Source of the DNA: Octopus sinensis
Lineage: Eukaryota
Length of the DNA: 64,000 nt
Reading direction: 5' to 3'
Assembly: GCF_006345805.1 (NCBI RefSeq)
Contig: NC_043010.1
Coordinates: forward strand, 56,420,001 to 56,484,000
Shown here: positions 11,086 to 24,289 of the stretch, in pieces
How positions within the stretch are numbered: the first letter of the stretch is position 1
Layout: every line of letters begins with the position of its first letter
The notes under the pieces: model-generated
Seen by the model: only the letters and a program-made list of their open reading frames with translations
Told to the model about the DNA's origin: nothing
Database searches by the model: none
Made by a program: the position numbers and the translations under genes

Positions 11086-12730
11086 ATACACACACTCACA
11101 CACAAAACAAATAACAACAGATTGAAATTGGTTCATTCACTACAGCTGTTCCAAACGAGTTTTTTTTATGAATAGAGTTATTACATTATGCGAAGGAAAA
11201 AAGCCGTTTTCATCAGGTGGACATACACGATCGTATATGCAACTAGAATATTAAACCGTCTGTATTTGGGTATGTACGTATATGTTCCTCTAATTTGAAC
11301 GACACGATGTAGGAACATTGATATATCTTTTCACATTTCAACTCTTATTGACACGCCAGATGTCGTTAGACTTTGTAGAGCTCTTTGCGTAGAGGTGGAG
11401 AAAATGAATATAATACAAAATATTTTAAAATAATAACTTTACTATTTTTTCCTTATTTTTCTTTTTTTTATTTGTAATTTATTATCTTCCGATTAATTTA
11501 TTTGCTGTTAATGAGTTTCAAGTTAATTGGTTTGTTGTAAATAAGTTTTTCTAGATGCGTTATGCTGACGTTTCGAGGTCATGAGACCCCCATTATCGAG
11601 ATGGTCAAACACTGAATGAATATTGTGTATGAGTGTATGTATGCATTTATATGTATGTGTATAAGTGTGTGTATGTGTATATATTGTACCGGTATGTATA
11701 TATGAACATGTATGTCTGTATATGTATGTACGAGTGCATAGGTATGTATGTGTGCGTGTCTATACATGTTTATGTATGAATATCTGTACGTGTGTTCGTG
11801 TATGTGTGTATGCTTGATGTATGCGCATGTGTGTACGTAACTCACGTATGTGTGTGTGTGTGTGTATGTACCTGTGTGAATATGTGTATGGGTCTATATG
11901 TGTGTGTGTGTTTATTAACCATTAGTTAGGCGTGTATTATCTTCTTAAATTTCTTCTCTAAACGCCAACACTAAAAGGTTTCTCCATGGAACCAACTTGT
12001 AGACATCCTGAAGCTGTTTTGTACTAAATCAAACGAGCAGCAACAGCAGCAGCAGTCTGTAGAAGCTGGGGGGGGAGGGCAATGCTGGGGTGCATCCACC
12101 CCATTACAAACCACAAACCATCCGTAAATAGGATTAAACTAGATTCTATTCAATGATAGCGATTTAGATACTCAAACACATAACTCTTTGAAGGTAATGT
12201 TCTTAAAAATATGATACAACTTAGAACAAAACACCAAAGTTAAATAATTACAGTCCTTTATTAAAACCAGATGGATATTGAATTAAAATAGCTTCAATTA
12301 AAGTTGGGAGAAGATGATGTGGGTCACTGGACATGCTAGAAACAACAGTCATAATCTCTAGGTTTGCATCTACCGTTCTCGATCACTTTCGGGGCGAGTT
12401 GTCCTGCTTGTTTTGAGGTGTTCCTTGTTTATACAACAGCCTGCCTCTTAAAGGGACACTTCCCCTGGCTCCGTTCCGCAACTGAGGAACGCATAAACAA
12501 AAACACATACAATGTGTGTGGTATCGATTATATACATACATACGTACATACATACATACACGCACACACATATATTAGCCGAACATGGCTTACCTGGCTA
12601 AAACTTCGAAGTCACTGTCAATAACATACTTGTTTAAGTGTATGTATTCTACAAAAGGATAAATTAACACATCAGATTAATTGTAAAATTGTTTTTATTA
12701 TGACTGAACATAAGAATTCATACACACACA

Positions 12731-12886
12731 CACACCGCTCGCACAACCTGGAATAAACTCCAGAAACTTGAGGGAATCATCGAACTCATGCCACACCCAG
12801 CACCAAGCCGTCTCAGATTATTGTTCCGATCCATGGTTCACTTCCAGCACTCGTGACACTTCATCAACCAAGAGGAAGCGGAAGCA
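12731..12886 (+). pseudogene. Short decayed mariner transposase remnant
   Basis: HTARTTWNKLQKLEGIIELMPHPA...(A)VSDY/LFRSMVHF...HFINQEEAEA, matching the mariner HPPYSPDLAPSDYHLFRSL region with a deletion and frameshift. Confidence 0.65.
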
Positions 12887-13498
12887 CATATGTATACATA
12901 ATGATACATACATTTACGCTCACACACAGACATACACATACAACCAACCAACCAACCGACCAACCAAAGACTGAAGTCCTCTCTCTGATACAATGAAGAT
13001 GGTTGTGTCACTCGAAAGAGGCCCCAAAAATTAAAGTTTACCAACATTTTAAAATTTGGCACAATAATATACTTTCCCAAACTAAATTGCTGGAGTTATT
13101 TCATTTCTTCAGAAAAATGTTTTTAAAAAGTTATAGAGGTTCAAGATTTGATCATTTTCACCCAGTCAGGAAACAGGATTTGGAAGTTGTCATTTTGTGC
13201 GTGACTGCACATTTTGTCAACTTTCTGAAAATAGCACGTGTTGTCAATATTTGTGAACATCACGTGTTGTGTCGCTGGTAATTTTCTTTCATGTAAATAA
13301 ATGTTTCTTGATTTAAAAGATTTATATAAAAAACACTTATTTAGCTGTTATTTTTAGCACACCTCAATGCTCAATGACGATGTTGCTAGTAGTGGGAGCG
13401 AACCCCTATCATCCTCTAGCAGACAACAGGAACGATGACACTGATTCAGTTTTGAGCTGGTTGTCTGATCTCGAGGTTTTGCAACTAGCTATTTTGCT

Positions 13499-13559
<61 letters not shown>

Positions 13560-15149
13560 ACATATATGTCTATACACATTTAAACTCTTCAAAATGCACA
13601 CAGACATCTACACAAAAACATACACACATACACAGCCACACACTTTCTCTTTGATGTTTGTTTCGGACATGGAAGACAAAGATTTCTGTCTAAACTTTAA
13701 CCAACCCCTAAAGTACACAAACACACACACACACACACACACACAACACACACACACACACACAGCTATACATATAACACCACCACCACCATCACCAGTG
13801 CTACTGCTATCAATTCCCCCCGCTTTTAAAACAGTCAACCACCACCACCACCATCACACCTCTCACACGCATTTTCTAGATCCTTCCACTGATTTAAAGA
13901 GAAAATTCCAGTTTTTCCTAACCTCTGTTTAGTTTAGGGGGAGGCGATACGGATGGGGTTGGTAGTGGTGGCGGCGGCGGCGGCGGCGGTGACGGTGACG
14001 GTGGCATTGTAGTGGCGGTGGGTAAGTTGACAGGATGAGTGAAGAGGAGACGAAGTGATTAGGAGAAGGGAAAGGATAATTTGAAAATCCACGAAAGAAG
14101 AGGGGGAGACTACTTACCACCACCACCACCACCACTACAACCACCACCACCGCAACCATTCTAACCATCAATCAGTCTCTCCTTCACCTACTTTACTGTC
14201 AACAAGTGATCCTTTGGATTTCCTTGTTATTCTAACATTGTATACACGCAACACAGTTTATAGACTCGGCGGGCAGAGGGCTACCACAACTACCACGACT
14301 ATACACATTTCTAACAGAGTGTATACACACCACAGTGCATATATTGTCCCTGAACTGAGGGCGACTGCTTTGTTACCACTGCCACATCATTCGTTAACCC
14401 CGGACAGAGGGCTACCACTACGACTACAACTGAAGTTCTTCAACTCTGGATGTTATCTCTGGATAAAGGTCTGCAATACCGTGTCACAGCGTGGGTCGCC
14501 TCTCGTTGTACCACTGTTTACCTTAATTCACGTTGCCCTTTCAGTGACACGAACTGACACCAAGCTAAACAATCCCCTCCTGGGGCTATCACCAACTTCT
14601 TGGTCCTTCTACTACTGGAGATATACACAAGTCATGTACTGTATGTATACTAAGTGAGTGTATAGATGTATTTGTATATCTATGTAGATATTTTTGTGTG
14701 TATATTCTATGTTTATATACATTTTGTTGCATATAAATATAGAAGCCTCTATACATACATATCTAGCAGTCTGTCTATCTGTCAGTCTATATATGTCTCT
14801 GTGTTTGTGTGAGTGTGTATGTATATATATAATCATTTTAACATATTTTTAATATACGCACACACACACACACGTCGTTTTTTTTATATATACTCTGTGA
14901 ATGTAGATTTGTTTATTCTGAGCATGAAACACGTTGTGTTGATCAGCTAAATTTTATAACCAATTGTTAATGTATGATTGTCTTTTTAACGATTTATAAG
15001 GAGTATACTTGTATAGGGAGTTTTAGTATACTAATTACATTGGTAATCTCAATGGAGGTTTTACAAGCGACTGTATTGTATATGTGAGTCCCAATCCATA
15101 AGCCCTGAGCCCCTGTTAAGGATTGTAAACCCCAGCTGTCTGTAGCAAT

Positions 15150-15297
15150 AACAACTCTTTCCACTGTGGGCACAAGGTCTGAATGTTGAGGGGAGGGTCC
15201 AGTCGATTGCATCGGCGGCATTTGAACTCGGAACGTAGGACGAAAGGCCGCTAAGCATTTTGCCCGGTGTGCCAACGATTTTACCAGCTCACCACCG
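15150..15297 (-). mobile_element. SINE family B, internally deleted copy
   Basis: Reverse complement of the ggtggtgagctggtaaaatcgttggcacaccgggcaaaatgcttagcggc head, as at 6871. Confidence 0.7.
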
Positions 15298-15608
15298 TAA
15301 TGATAAATAATATATACCCGAGGCCCTGATGGAGAGGTAAACAGCAATATAGTTAGGGTGAAGACACAATGAAAGCCCTACTGTTGATCTCTTAGGTTCA
15401 GGTGACTGAGTACACCTCGGTATGCGTGTATGTGTATCAACATGACACCCCTTTAACTTTTTGTTCACGACTGGCAATTTCGGTTGATTTAGGGTAAGGT
15501 GAAACCTACCTGCCTATTATATCTATCTACTTATCTCTTTCTCTCGATCTATTTATCTACCCCCACACTCACACACACTTTGTGTGTGTGTGTGTACATG
15601 TATGTTTG

Positions 15609-15648
<40 letters not shown>

Positions 15649-17127
15649 GGTCCCGGGTTGATCCGGGGTTAACCACAGTAAGTAAGGTACTCAATAAGAT
15701 TTCTCTTGAATGAAACAGTACTAGTCCTGTAGAAGCTCCTTCTATATAATAAATATATATATATATATATATATAATGTGTGTGTGTGTATGAAACCACT
15801 GTTGAAAACCACGTGTTGTTTAACGCAGGGCACCGTTGATCCTGTCGGCCTCTGATATCATGAATGAGCAAAAAAGGGAAAGACACATTTGGATAAATAG
15901 TCCTATATCAATAAATATATATATGAAAAATAACAGGCATGATGTTCACGTCTGGAGTGACATTCAGTATAGAGACTTAGGGTGAAAGGTAGTCTCTTTT
16001 ACCCTTCATCCCAGGGCCTCCACATCGTGTTTGTTGCTTTTAGTTTATTAAACATTAATACACCAGTGTTAACCGGGAACTCTGTTGCCTCGACTATGAA
16101 TAACAATGACACCGGTTATAGCAATAAAAGGCACTACTGTATAATACGGGTCCCATCGATTTATTTTTTTTCGTTATAAAACACTTTCTTTAAAAGATAA
16201 TAATTTTCTCAAAAAGGTATTTCGTGAATTAGCTTTCACATAAACTTCTTCACTGTGTTGGATTGTTATTGTTGTTTAACCATAGGTCAGCCCTGATCCT
16301 CTTTTATCCTGGTGTTATATAAAACTTTATATTCTATAATATCTATACTATGTTAGATTTTGTTGTTTAGCCCCGATCAAGCAGACCTATCCTTCTCTTT
16401 TCTACCTTTTTATTAAATTAGTAACGCGGTTGAATTTTGTATTTTATTTAAAATTGATTTACAGAATGAGAAACCTGTGTTGCACAGTAGGGCCAACAGA
16501 TTGGCTGATTTACAAAAGGGACCTCCATATGGTCATCCGACCTGTTAGAAATAACAACCAAATCTCTCCCAAATTAATTACATTCTATCTTTAAAAGAAA
16601 TGATTCTAGGATATTAGAGATATCCCTTCATCAGAGACAATGTGAGATTGTTAAATAGAGGGAAATATTAGAGTTCAATATGAGGAGTTATTTTGGGAAA
16701 GGAAACAAATAAAAAGGATATAAGGAAATAGGAGAATGAATGTAAAAATAAAAATATATAAAGATGTTCTAGTTGCAGTTGCATTACCCAAGGAAGGTGG
16801 TGTGTAGAAGTGGTAGAAATGCTTCTTGTCCGTGCTATGCAAATTCCAATAGGAGTTCATTTTTTTTGTCGTCACAAATGGAAAGTGTGGAGACGTAGAT
16901 TCCATGCGCTGTTCATTCAAAGGGGTCTTGTGGTGTGAAAGAAAAAAAGGGGTGTTGTGGTGCGAAAGAAAATTTGAGAATTTAGTGGTAGTATTAAGTG
17001 GATATATATATATATAATATTATATATATATATTTGCAATTTAAATTGGGTGCAAAGTGAAACAATTGTAGGCAATGTTAAATAATAAAGAAATGAATTT
17101 ATATCCATTGAATCTCTCCATTTTCAA

Positions 17128-17503
17128 TGGCTGTGTGTTAAGTAGCTTGCTTACCAACCATTCCCGGGTTCAGTCCCACTACGTGGTACCTTGGGCAGGT
17201 GTCTTCTACTATATAGCCTCGGGCCGACCAAAGCCTTGTGAGTGGATTTAATAGACGGAAACTGAAAGAAGCCCGTCGTATATATGTATGTGTGTGTGTG
17301 TATTATTGTGTGACTGTTTGACCCCCCCCCCCAACATAGCTTGACAACTGATGCTGGTGCGTTTACGCCCCCGTAACTTAGCTGTTCGGCAAAAGTAACC
17401 GATAGAATAAGTACTAGGCTCATTAAGAATAAATCATCGGGTCGGTTTGGTCGACTAAAGGCGGTGCTTTAAACGATTGAAACAAGTAAAAGAATAAAAG
17501 AAT
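17128..17503 (+). mobile_element. SINE family A, nearly complete copy
   Basis: Head, central TG tract, body and gaaacaagtaaaagaataaaag tail. Confidence 0.9.
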
Positions 17504-17509
17504 ATATAT

Positions 17510-18560
17510 ATTAACATCGGGGTGGAAGAGCCAAAAGTCATGACGTTTCTTGAAACTTGATTGATGGTGAGTTTCTCGGTGTTTTAACTTGTATGGGTTA
17601 TGGGTAGGGGTGCATTTCTTGTGTGTGTGTGAGAGAGAGATTTGTAAAATAATGCAATTAAGTGCTACCCCGAGGGTCCATTGTGGTTATGCACTTGGGC
17701 CATTCAATGTTGTGTTCCAAATAACTGTGATGGTGAAACTTGGGTAGGAACTAAGGATGTATTCCTGGTGTTTATCGTAATTTTCTTGTACGATACAGGT
17801 ATAAATAAAAAGTGGACGAATTCAAAGTTGCCATTCTAATGTGACTGTTCTTTTTTAAGACGGAAACGTAGAGGCATTGGATCCCAGTTGCCCGGAGTGT
17901 CTCAGGGATCTAGGGACGCAATTCTGTTCTATGTGTGTTGTGGTTTGCTGTCAATAAGTAAATGTTATGGGACCCAGTGCACTGGATTACTCGTGGCCTA
18001 TTAATACCTCTAAGTCGGCTTTGTGTTGAGGCTGGCCGAGAAATGGCAGACGTCAGATCCAGCAATTTCTGTGGTTCCTTAAACCAGAGGTGACTCTAGC
18101 TGTTTATTAAGAGGGGCTCAAATATATGCGGTGTAGCGTGGGGCCTGCCGACCACAGAGGACGGCCTGAGGTTTAAGGAAGGGGTGATGGCTAGTTTGGG
18201 TATGGCGCAGGGCGACTGAACTCCATACTGTACCACTGATTATCCATGAATAGTAGGAGTCTTTCAACATGTGTTATCTATATAGGAAATGGCTCTCCAC
18301 TGATAAAAATATGGTATGAGAAACTGGGGATCGCTCAGGCCCAAGAAGTAGAAGTCACTCTACGAATTCCTTTATTCCCATCATTGACTGTAATTCGTCA
18401 TGTGGAAAGGAAGGCGGTTTCTCTCCATGTTGTGTCCCCATACAGAGGCTGGTGGTCGACTGTTATGATACATCCCTGTTATGTACAATCAATGAAGAAA
18501 AGACGAGAGGCAAGTCTGTTCAGTGAACTTGGTTTTCTGATCGAACAGAAATAAAAGTCT
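17510..18560 (-). pseudogene. Probable highly decayed, internally deleted Penelope-like retroelement ORF
   Basis: Only traces survive across frames: YYSWIISGT...APYPN (resembling the RT motif QxxGTAMGxxxAPxYANL), LWFK, HIRMATLNSS and EW...TMDPRG..LN (resembling a GIY-YIG C-terminus). Many stops. Confidence 0.4.
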
Positions 18561-20567
18561 CAAAGGAAAGTGCCATCTTCTTATTTAAACGCCATAAATA
18601 ATAGTGAAAATAATTAAACAAATAATATATTTATAGATTTTAATTCACTAATTAACTGACAACTCATGATTTATATCCAATAACAAGCACCGAGTATATA
18701 TAAAACCGGGGTGGGAAGAAACACATTTTATCTTGTACAAAACGAAAGAAAAAACACCAAATTATTTTGTTTTGTGTTGTTCTTTGTGTTTGTTCTTTTT
18801 TAAAAGTTTTTTCTGTGGCTTTTTTTTTCCTGGATTTTCCTGGATTTGAAACTAGTTTTGTGGAGGATGATATTAGTTCTGGTCTGAGGTCTCTCAGTTC
18901 TGTGAGGAGGGTGACGTCTGTAAGAAAGGTGTCTCCTGGTTAAAAGATTGATAACAGGGTATGTGGTGGTAGGGGTGGGTGCATGTGTGTGTGAGCTACG
19001 AAGTGTTCGAACTGAACAGACTTCTGCTTAAGACTCATACATCTGTGGGTGCAGTGAACCAAGGACAGAAGGGTCGCTCGACTTGCTAGAAATAGCAACC
19101 AAATCTACCTGAAATCATAAAAAGGAAAGGGCATGGTGGATAATCTAGTTGCAGATGTATAAAATGATTGGATAATCAGCTAGAACACCTTTCATTCTAG
19201 ATCTACTCATTCAGGGTTAAACAACAATTTAGTGGTGAATGTATTTGATAAAAACAATAGTGGTTTATTTATTAGTCACAGGGGCAGCCCGCTAAATTGT
19301 TTTAAACCTTTCATTGCCATTAATCATGTGAATGAATTTCTGTCAATGGAGATTTGCTGTATTTATCAGTGTCGAGGTGATCAGGCCTTCATCTGTTTTT
19401 GGCCTCCACCACTACCGCCGCCACCTTCATTAACTTAATGTCTACAAGTAAACCGGCACGAAAAAGCGACCTTTTTTAAACATGCAAAAAACTATTTTTC
19501 CAAAATTTTACTTAAAGGCAAGATTCCCTTTTGTACTCCCACCTAAACCCTTTATTTTATATATATATATATATTTTACATAAACCCCCGTTTTCAGGTA
19601 CGGAGAATACGAATCTGAAATAGATTTGGTAAAAAACGGAATTTCAAAATTTTACTTTTTTCAGATTTTTTTCTTTTTTTTAATATGCGGGAAAATACGG
19701 AGGTTATGATTCTGAAACAAATTTCCGAAAAGTTTTGTAAAATTTAAAAATTACCCCTCCCCCCCTCTCAGTCACAAAAATTTGAAACCCTTTTTGCCAT
19801 TGCGCATGCGTTGACTGCGGCGCTAAAAGTGAAAATTTGGGAAGTGGGGGGGGGAGGTTTTGGGGGAAATTTTGCTTTTTGATTTTTTTCTCTTTTAAAA
19901 TGCAGACGACCTGATTCTGTCGTTTGTTTTTCCTTTTTTTTTATATAAACCCCCGTTTTCGGGTTCGACGATTACGAATCTGATAAAAAAAAAATTGGCA
20001 AAAATCGTCATTTCAAAATTTCAATTCCCTTTTAAAATGCAGACGACCCGATTCGGTCGTTTGTTTTTCTTTATGATTTCCAAATCATTTTTTAAATCAT
20101 TCGAAATCAAAATTGCGCGAATCCGTCATTATTAAATAAGCAGCCTTCAAGCAGTCTATTCACATGCTAGAAATAACAGCCAAATTTCACACAAACTGTT
20201 TTGCACATATTTAAAAAAATTCTTTTTTTTTTTACATATATTGCTTCATATGTCCTAAAAGTCGATTATATCGGAATTTTTTGGCAAAAACTATTCCAAG
20301 GGTTGGGGATGAATTTCGACAAAAATCCCAAACTGGTCGGATTTGTTTCTTGGCGATAAAATTTCAGAGAAATTTCCTGCGGTAAATAGAAGTTATTACA
20401 TGATACTGGTGTGCTGAAAGTGTTGGAAATTTCCGAAGTGGGTTTTTGGTGGGGTTTTCTCTACAAATGAAACTTGAAAGGGCATTTATGAAAGATATTA
20501 GTCCCGAAATAGCAACCACATCTCCAACAAACTTTCTTGACTCCCACCCACAACACTTCTGTATGAG

Positions 20568-22754
20568 ATTAAGAATATGCAAAAAGAAACATAATTCAAT
20601 TGAAATTTTCTGTGAGGAAACTCCAAAATTGATTCAGACACCCAAGGGCCACTCGATCCCGATGTCTGAAACTGAAAATGAACGGAGGAAATATGCTAGA
20701 AATAACAGCCAAATCTCACAAAACTGCGATAACATAATGAAAGAAATATGTAATCAATCAACTTACCTTTCTGTAAAGGTTTCTTTCAGACTAATTTCCC
20801 GCATTAATATGACAAAGTGAAATGAAAGTGTTCTGTTTTTTCACAACCAAAACCTCCGCCGCTGTTTAGGCGGGGATAAACTTGGGCCTCGCCCGATGAT
20901 CCAGTCATGATATTACTTCAACCGTCTTTTGATTCGGGACCAACAGGTCTCAGTTGTGTGTTCTAAAAGATACTAATTAAAATAATAATGTTTGTGTTAT
21001 AGTCTTCCGTGTCTTCAGGAACCTGGATATAATGTTTGCAGCCTCCACAAGAAACTTATGAAGTTGTTGGGTTGGTGGTGAAACGGCCCCTAGGAAAAGG
21101 AACCGAGCGACGCCCTGCTTCAGGTGCTCAGGCTCCATTCCAGATTGAATTCGGCTGTTCTTGAGCATTCGCCATAAAACGCTCAATATTTTGAGTGTGG
21201 ACTTCTGGCTTGACTGGATCGACAAAATGCTGACCATGGTTCACCTGATAATGCGTATGGCCCAGGTCGTTGAGGTTTACTATTGGCACGCCAACTGTCA
21301 GTATAAATAATTGAGCCCTGCCTGATGTAACGGCTAATAAATGCAGTGAAAGTTCCAGCATCTCGTCTGTCGGTCTCACCAGATTCGTTTCACAGTTTAA
21401 CCATTATTTGCCTTCTTACTTATCCGTTCCAGTCCGCCAAAAAGCCAAATCGTTTCCACAATCCTGCCGCCTTGATATTTTCGTCTCATCAACTTCTACT
21501 TCAACCACCTCCGATAACAGTTTCGTGGTTTTCTGCCCAACACTGGCAGCAGACATCCCAACAGAAACACCTCCAATCTACGGAGGTTTTACGGCAGAAT
21601 TCGAGGTGTCTTCCGATTAATTTTTGCGACCAGCTGTGCTGAGGAAATGGTTGATAAAAAGCAAAATTTTCGAAGGCGGAAGACAGACGCCTTCCAGAAA
21701 GGTGCCCTTAAATGTAGATATGGAATATCCACATTCCCTTCTCGGCCGTCGTCGCATCAGTTTATGGCAGCGCCATGTTTGCCCCTCGACGCAAAATGGA
21801 CGGGACAGGGCAGGCGGCTGTGTTTGGCTCAAAATGCAGCAGAAGCATCGTCCTTGCCGTTGGAACGGGTTACGTCTTCATATAGAGTGATGTTGCAAGA
21901 GTTACAAAGAGCCATGCTGTTGTATAAAGTCTTCAAATTTAAAGGTGTAAATTAAATGTGAATAAATATCAGCGTAATTCTTTCACTTGTCGTCTGGTCG
22001 GGCAATCTTTCGTCTTCTGCTCGAAATCGACTGCATTCGGTAAATTCCGTAAAATCGCTGAACCAGCAATTGATCCGGACTTTCCGGCGCACACGACGGA
22101 GACGTAAACGGACCCTTCCGCCCCTTTGGAAAAATATTGTTTTTATGGAATCCCACGTTTTTGGCTATGGAGATTCCGATTCTGAATAAAAATTGTTTGT
22201 AAAATTTCAATTTTTCAAAAAAAAACAAAAAAAAAACATTACCCCAACCCTTTCTCTTGCACAAACCACATTGAGACCTATGGGTCCCGAATCAAAAGAT
22301 GGTTAAAGTTTATTACTGGATCATCGGGCGATATAAAATGGTCCTCGCGTCGACGAATCTATGGATTTACGGCGACGAAAAATTTCCAGAATTTCTCTAC
22401 ATTTCTCAAACACATTGACGGAGTTTATCCCCGCCAAAACTCCAACAGCGGAGGTTTCAGTTGTTTTTTAAAAAAAAGTAAAGAACACTTTCATTTCACT
22501 TTTTCATATTACTGCGGGAAATTAGTCTGAAAGAAACCTTTACAGAAAGGTGAGCAGATTGATTACATATTTCTTTCATTATGTTATCGCAGTTTTGTGA
22601 GATTTGGCTGTTATTTCTAGCATATTTCCTCTGTTCATTTTCAGTTTCAGACGTCGGGATCGAGTGGCCCTTCGGTGTCTGAATCAATTTTGGAGTTTCC
22701 TCACAGAAAATTTCAATTGAATTATTTTTCTTTTTTTTTTTCCATATTCTTAAT
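20568..22754. repeat. Inner long inverted repeat flanking the Merlin transposase (20568-20952 / 22272-22754)
   Basis: Arms are highly similar reverse complements; the right arm carries an extra segment of about 90 bp. Confidence 0.9.
20990..21945 (-). pseudogene. Merlin (IS1016/IS1595-family, ISXO2-type DDE) transposase, frameshifted
   Basis: In order across frameshifts: WRCHK...GTFLEGVCLPPSKIL, VEVEVDETKISRR, IWLFGGLERISKK, RRDAGTFTAFISRYIRQGSIIYTDSWRA, LNDLGHTHYQVNHGQHFVDP...VHTQNIERF/WRMLK. Confidence 0.9.
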
Positions 22755-22910
22755 TGCCATATTTTTCCGCGTCGATTGAAAATAAAAATTGAAAAAAAGT
22801 TAAAATTTAAATCTTCTGGTACGGAGGGGGGGGGGGGTATTTAAAATTTTGTAAAAAATGGCTTTTGGCATATTCAGAATTTCCGGCAATTTTTCAGAGT
22901 AACACCCACA

Positions 22911-23495
22911 CGATTTTCACTAAGAAAAAAAAACTCGGATTTTTTTTGCGTGGAATCAAGTGCCCTGACGTCCTAATATTACTGCAAATCCCTTATTTTG
23001 GTTCGGGAAAGCCTCCCCCCTTCCCAGTCCCGGATTCATTGGGATTTTTTTTTTTTTCGTTGAGTGAACCCCTGTGACATCCTAATATACTACAAAACCC
23101 TTTTTGGGGTCCGAAAAACGGAGTACGGTGAGGTGGAAGCCTCGGAAATTTCACCCACCCCTACCCCCATTTTCACCAGCACTATTTTCACTTAGGAAAA
23201 AAAAAAATTTCCAATGAATCCAGGACGGATTTCCCTAACACTAACCCTAAACCTAAAACCCTAACCCTGAAAAGATCAATGGAGGTGGGGTGGGTGAAAT
23301 TTTCGAGGCTTCCACCTCACCCCACTCCGTTTTTCGGACCCCAAAAGGGGTTTTGTAGTGTATTAAGATGTCACAGGAATTCATCCCCCCTCTTTTTTTC
23401 CAAACCAAAATAAGGGATCTGCAGCATGTTAGGTGGTCAGGGTACTTGATTCCATACAAAAAATCCGAGGGTTTTTTTTTTAGTGAAAATCATCG
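22911..23495. repeat. Inverted repeat (22911-23171 / 23278-23495) with degenerate CCCTAA-like units in the spacer
   Basis: Arms pair by eye, for example ggggtccgaaaaacggag...gaggtggaagcctcggaaatttcaccc versus its reverse complement. Spacer 23233-23270 reads ccctaacactaaccctaaacctaaaaccctaaccctga. Confidence 0.85.
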
Positions 23496-23649
23496 AAAAA
23501 AGGAATCCACTGAAAAAATATTTTTTTAAAAAACGGTCAATTTTTCGTGCCAGTGTACTTGTAAACATTAACCTCTATTAGAAGTGTTCCTAACTAAGAA
23601 TAGAATGTCATCCCGGTATAATCCACCTCCTAGTAATTCAGGGTATTCT

Positions 23650-23852
23650 ACTGCACAAAATATATATATATACATATTTCGTTTTTTGATTTGGTTTGCA
23701 AGATTCTTTATGTGAGTTCATGTGTTGTAGCATATTCTGTTGTGTCTGGGGAGAGTCATTCTCTTTTTGTGCTTTATAATTTAACACACTCACTGGTGAG
23801 TGTGTTGAATTATAAGACACTAAAAGAGAATGACTCTCTCCAGACACAACAG
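23650..23852 (-). mobile_element. Penelope-like terminal fragment with an inverted partial copy forming a hairpin of about 57-bp arms
   Basis: ctgttgtgtctggggagagtcattctc...aacacactcac tg gtgagtgtgtt...gagaatgactctctccagacacaacag. Confidence 0.65.
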
Positions 23853-24289
23853 TACACACACACACATATATATACACACACATACACATACACCGGTGTA
23901 CAATAATGAAATTTGAACTTTAAAAAATCACCCCAAAACAAGGGCTTGTCTTATATATACCTTGTATAAAATCTGAACTTTAATTCCTTGTGGTTTAGAG
24001 CAGCAGTGTCAATGGAGAACACCGTGAAACACATACATGGATCCTATGGTTCTACAGCACAGTGTTTTCTACTGATACTTAGATGTATGTTTGGGGAGCT
24101 GGATTAATAGTAAGATTATATTAAAATAACAGCAAACTTAGCGGGCAGGCACCAGTTGCCCTTTGTAACAGCTGACGAACAGAAAATGTAAACAATCACC
24201 CCGTTCATCTATAAAAAAAATTCAACTTTTGCTGTGATAAACTGTCCAAATGCTTCAGTTACCTCTTCTCTATTTAAGAATGTTTTATT

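Larger units (their letters stand above)
19439..23567. mobile_element. Composite DNA transposon with imperfect terminal inverted repeats and nested internal inverted repeats
   Basis: Left end TTAA|tgtctacaagtaaaccggcacgaaaaagcgaccttttttaaa. Reverse complement of the right end TTAA|tgtttacaagtacactggcacgaaaaattgaccgttttttaaa. Confidence 0.75.

Noticed and set aside
11562-11602. Hammerhead-like GGGG..CCTC GAAAC GTC on the minus strand
   Set aside because: No recognisable CUGANGA core and no stem I pairing; at most a decayed Penelope end.
14214-14657. 147-aa ORF in fairly GC-balanced unique sequence with a short internal repeat (cagagggctaccac)
   Set aside because: TTG start, no recognisable motif in any frame and no clear splice sites.
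23233-23270. True telomere or chromosome end
   Set aside because: Only five to six degenerate units, internal to a transposon-like inverted repeat; kept only as an interstitial telomere-like observation.
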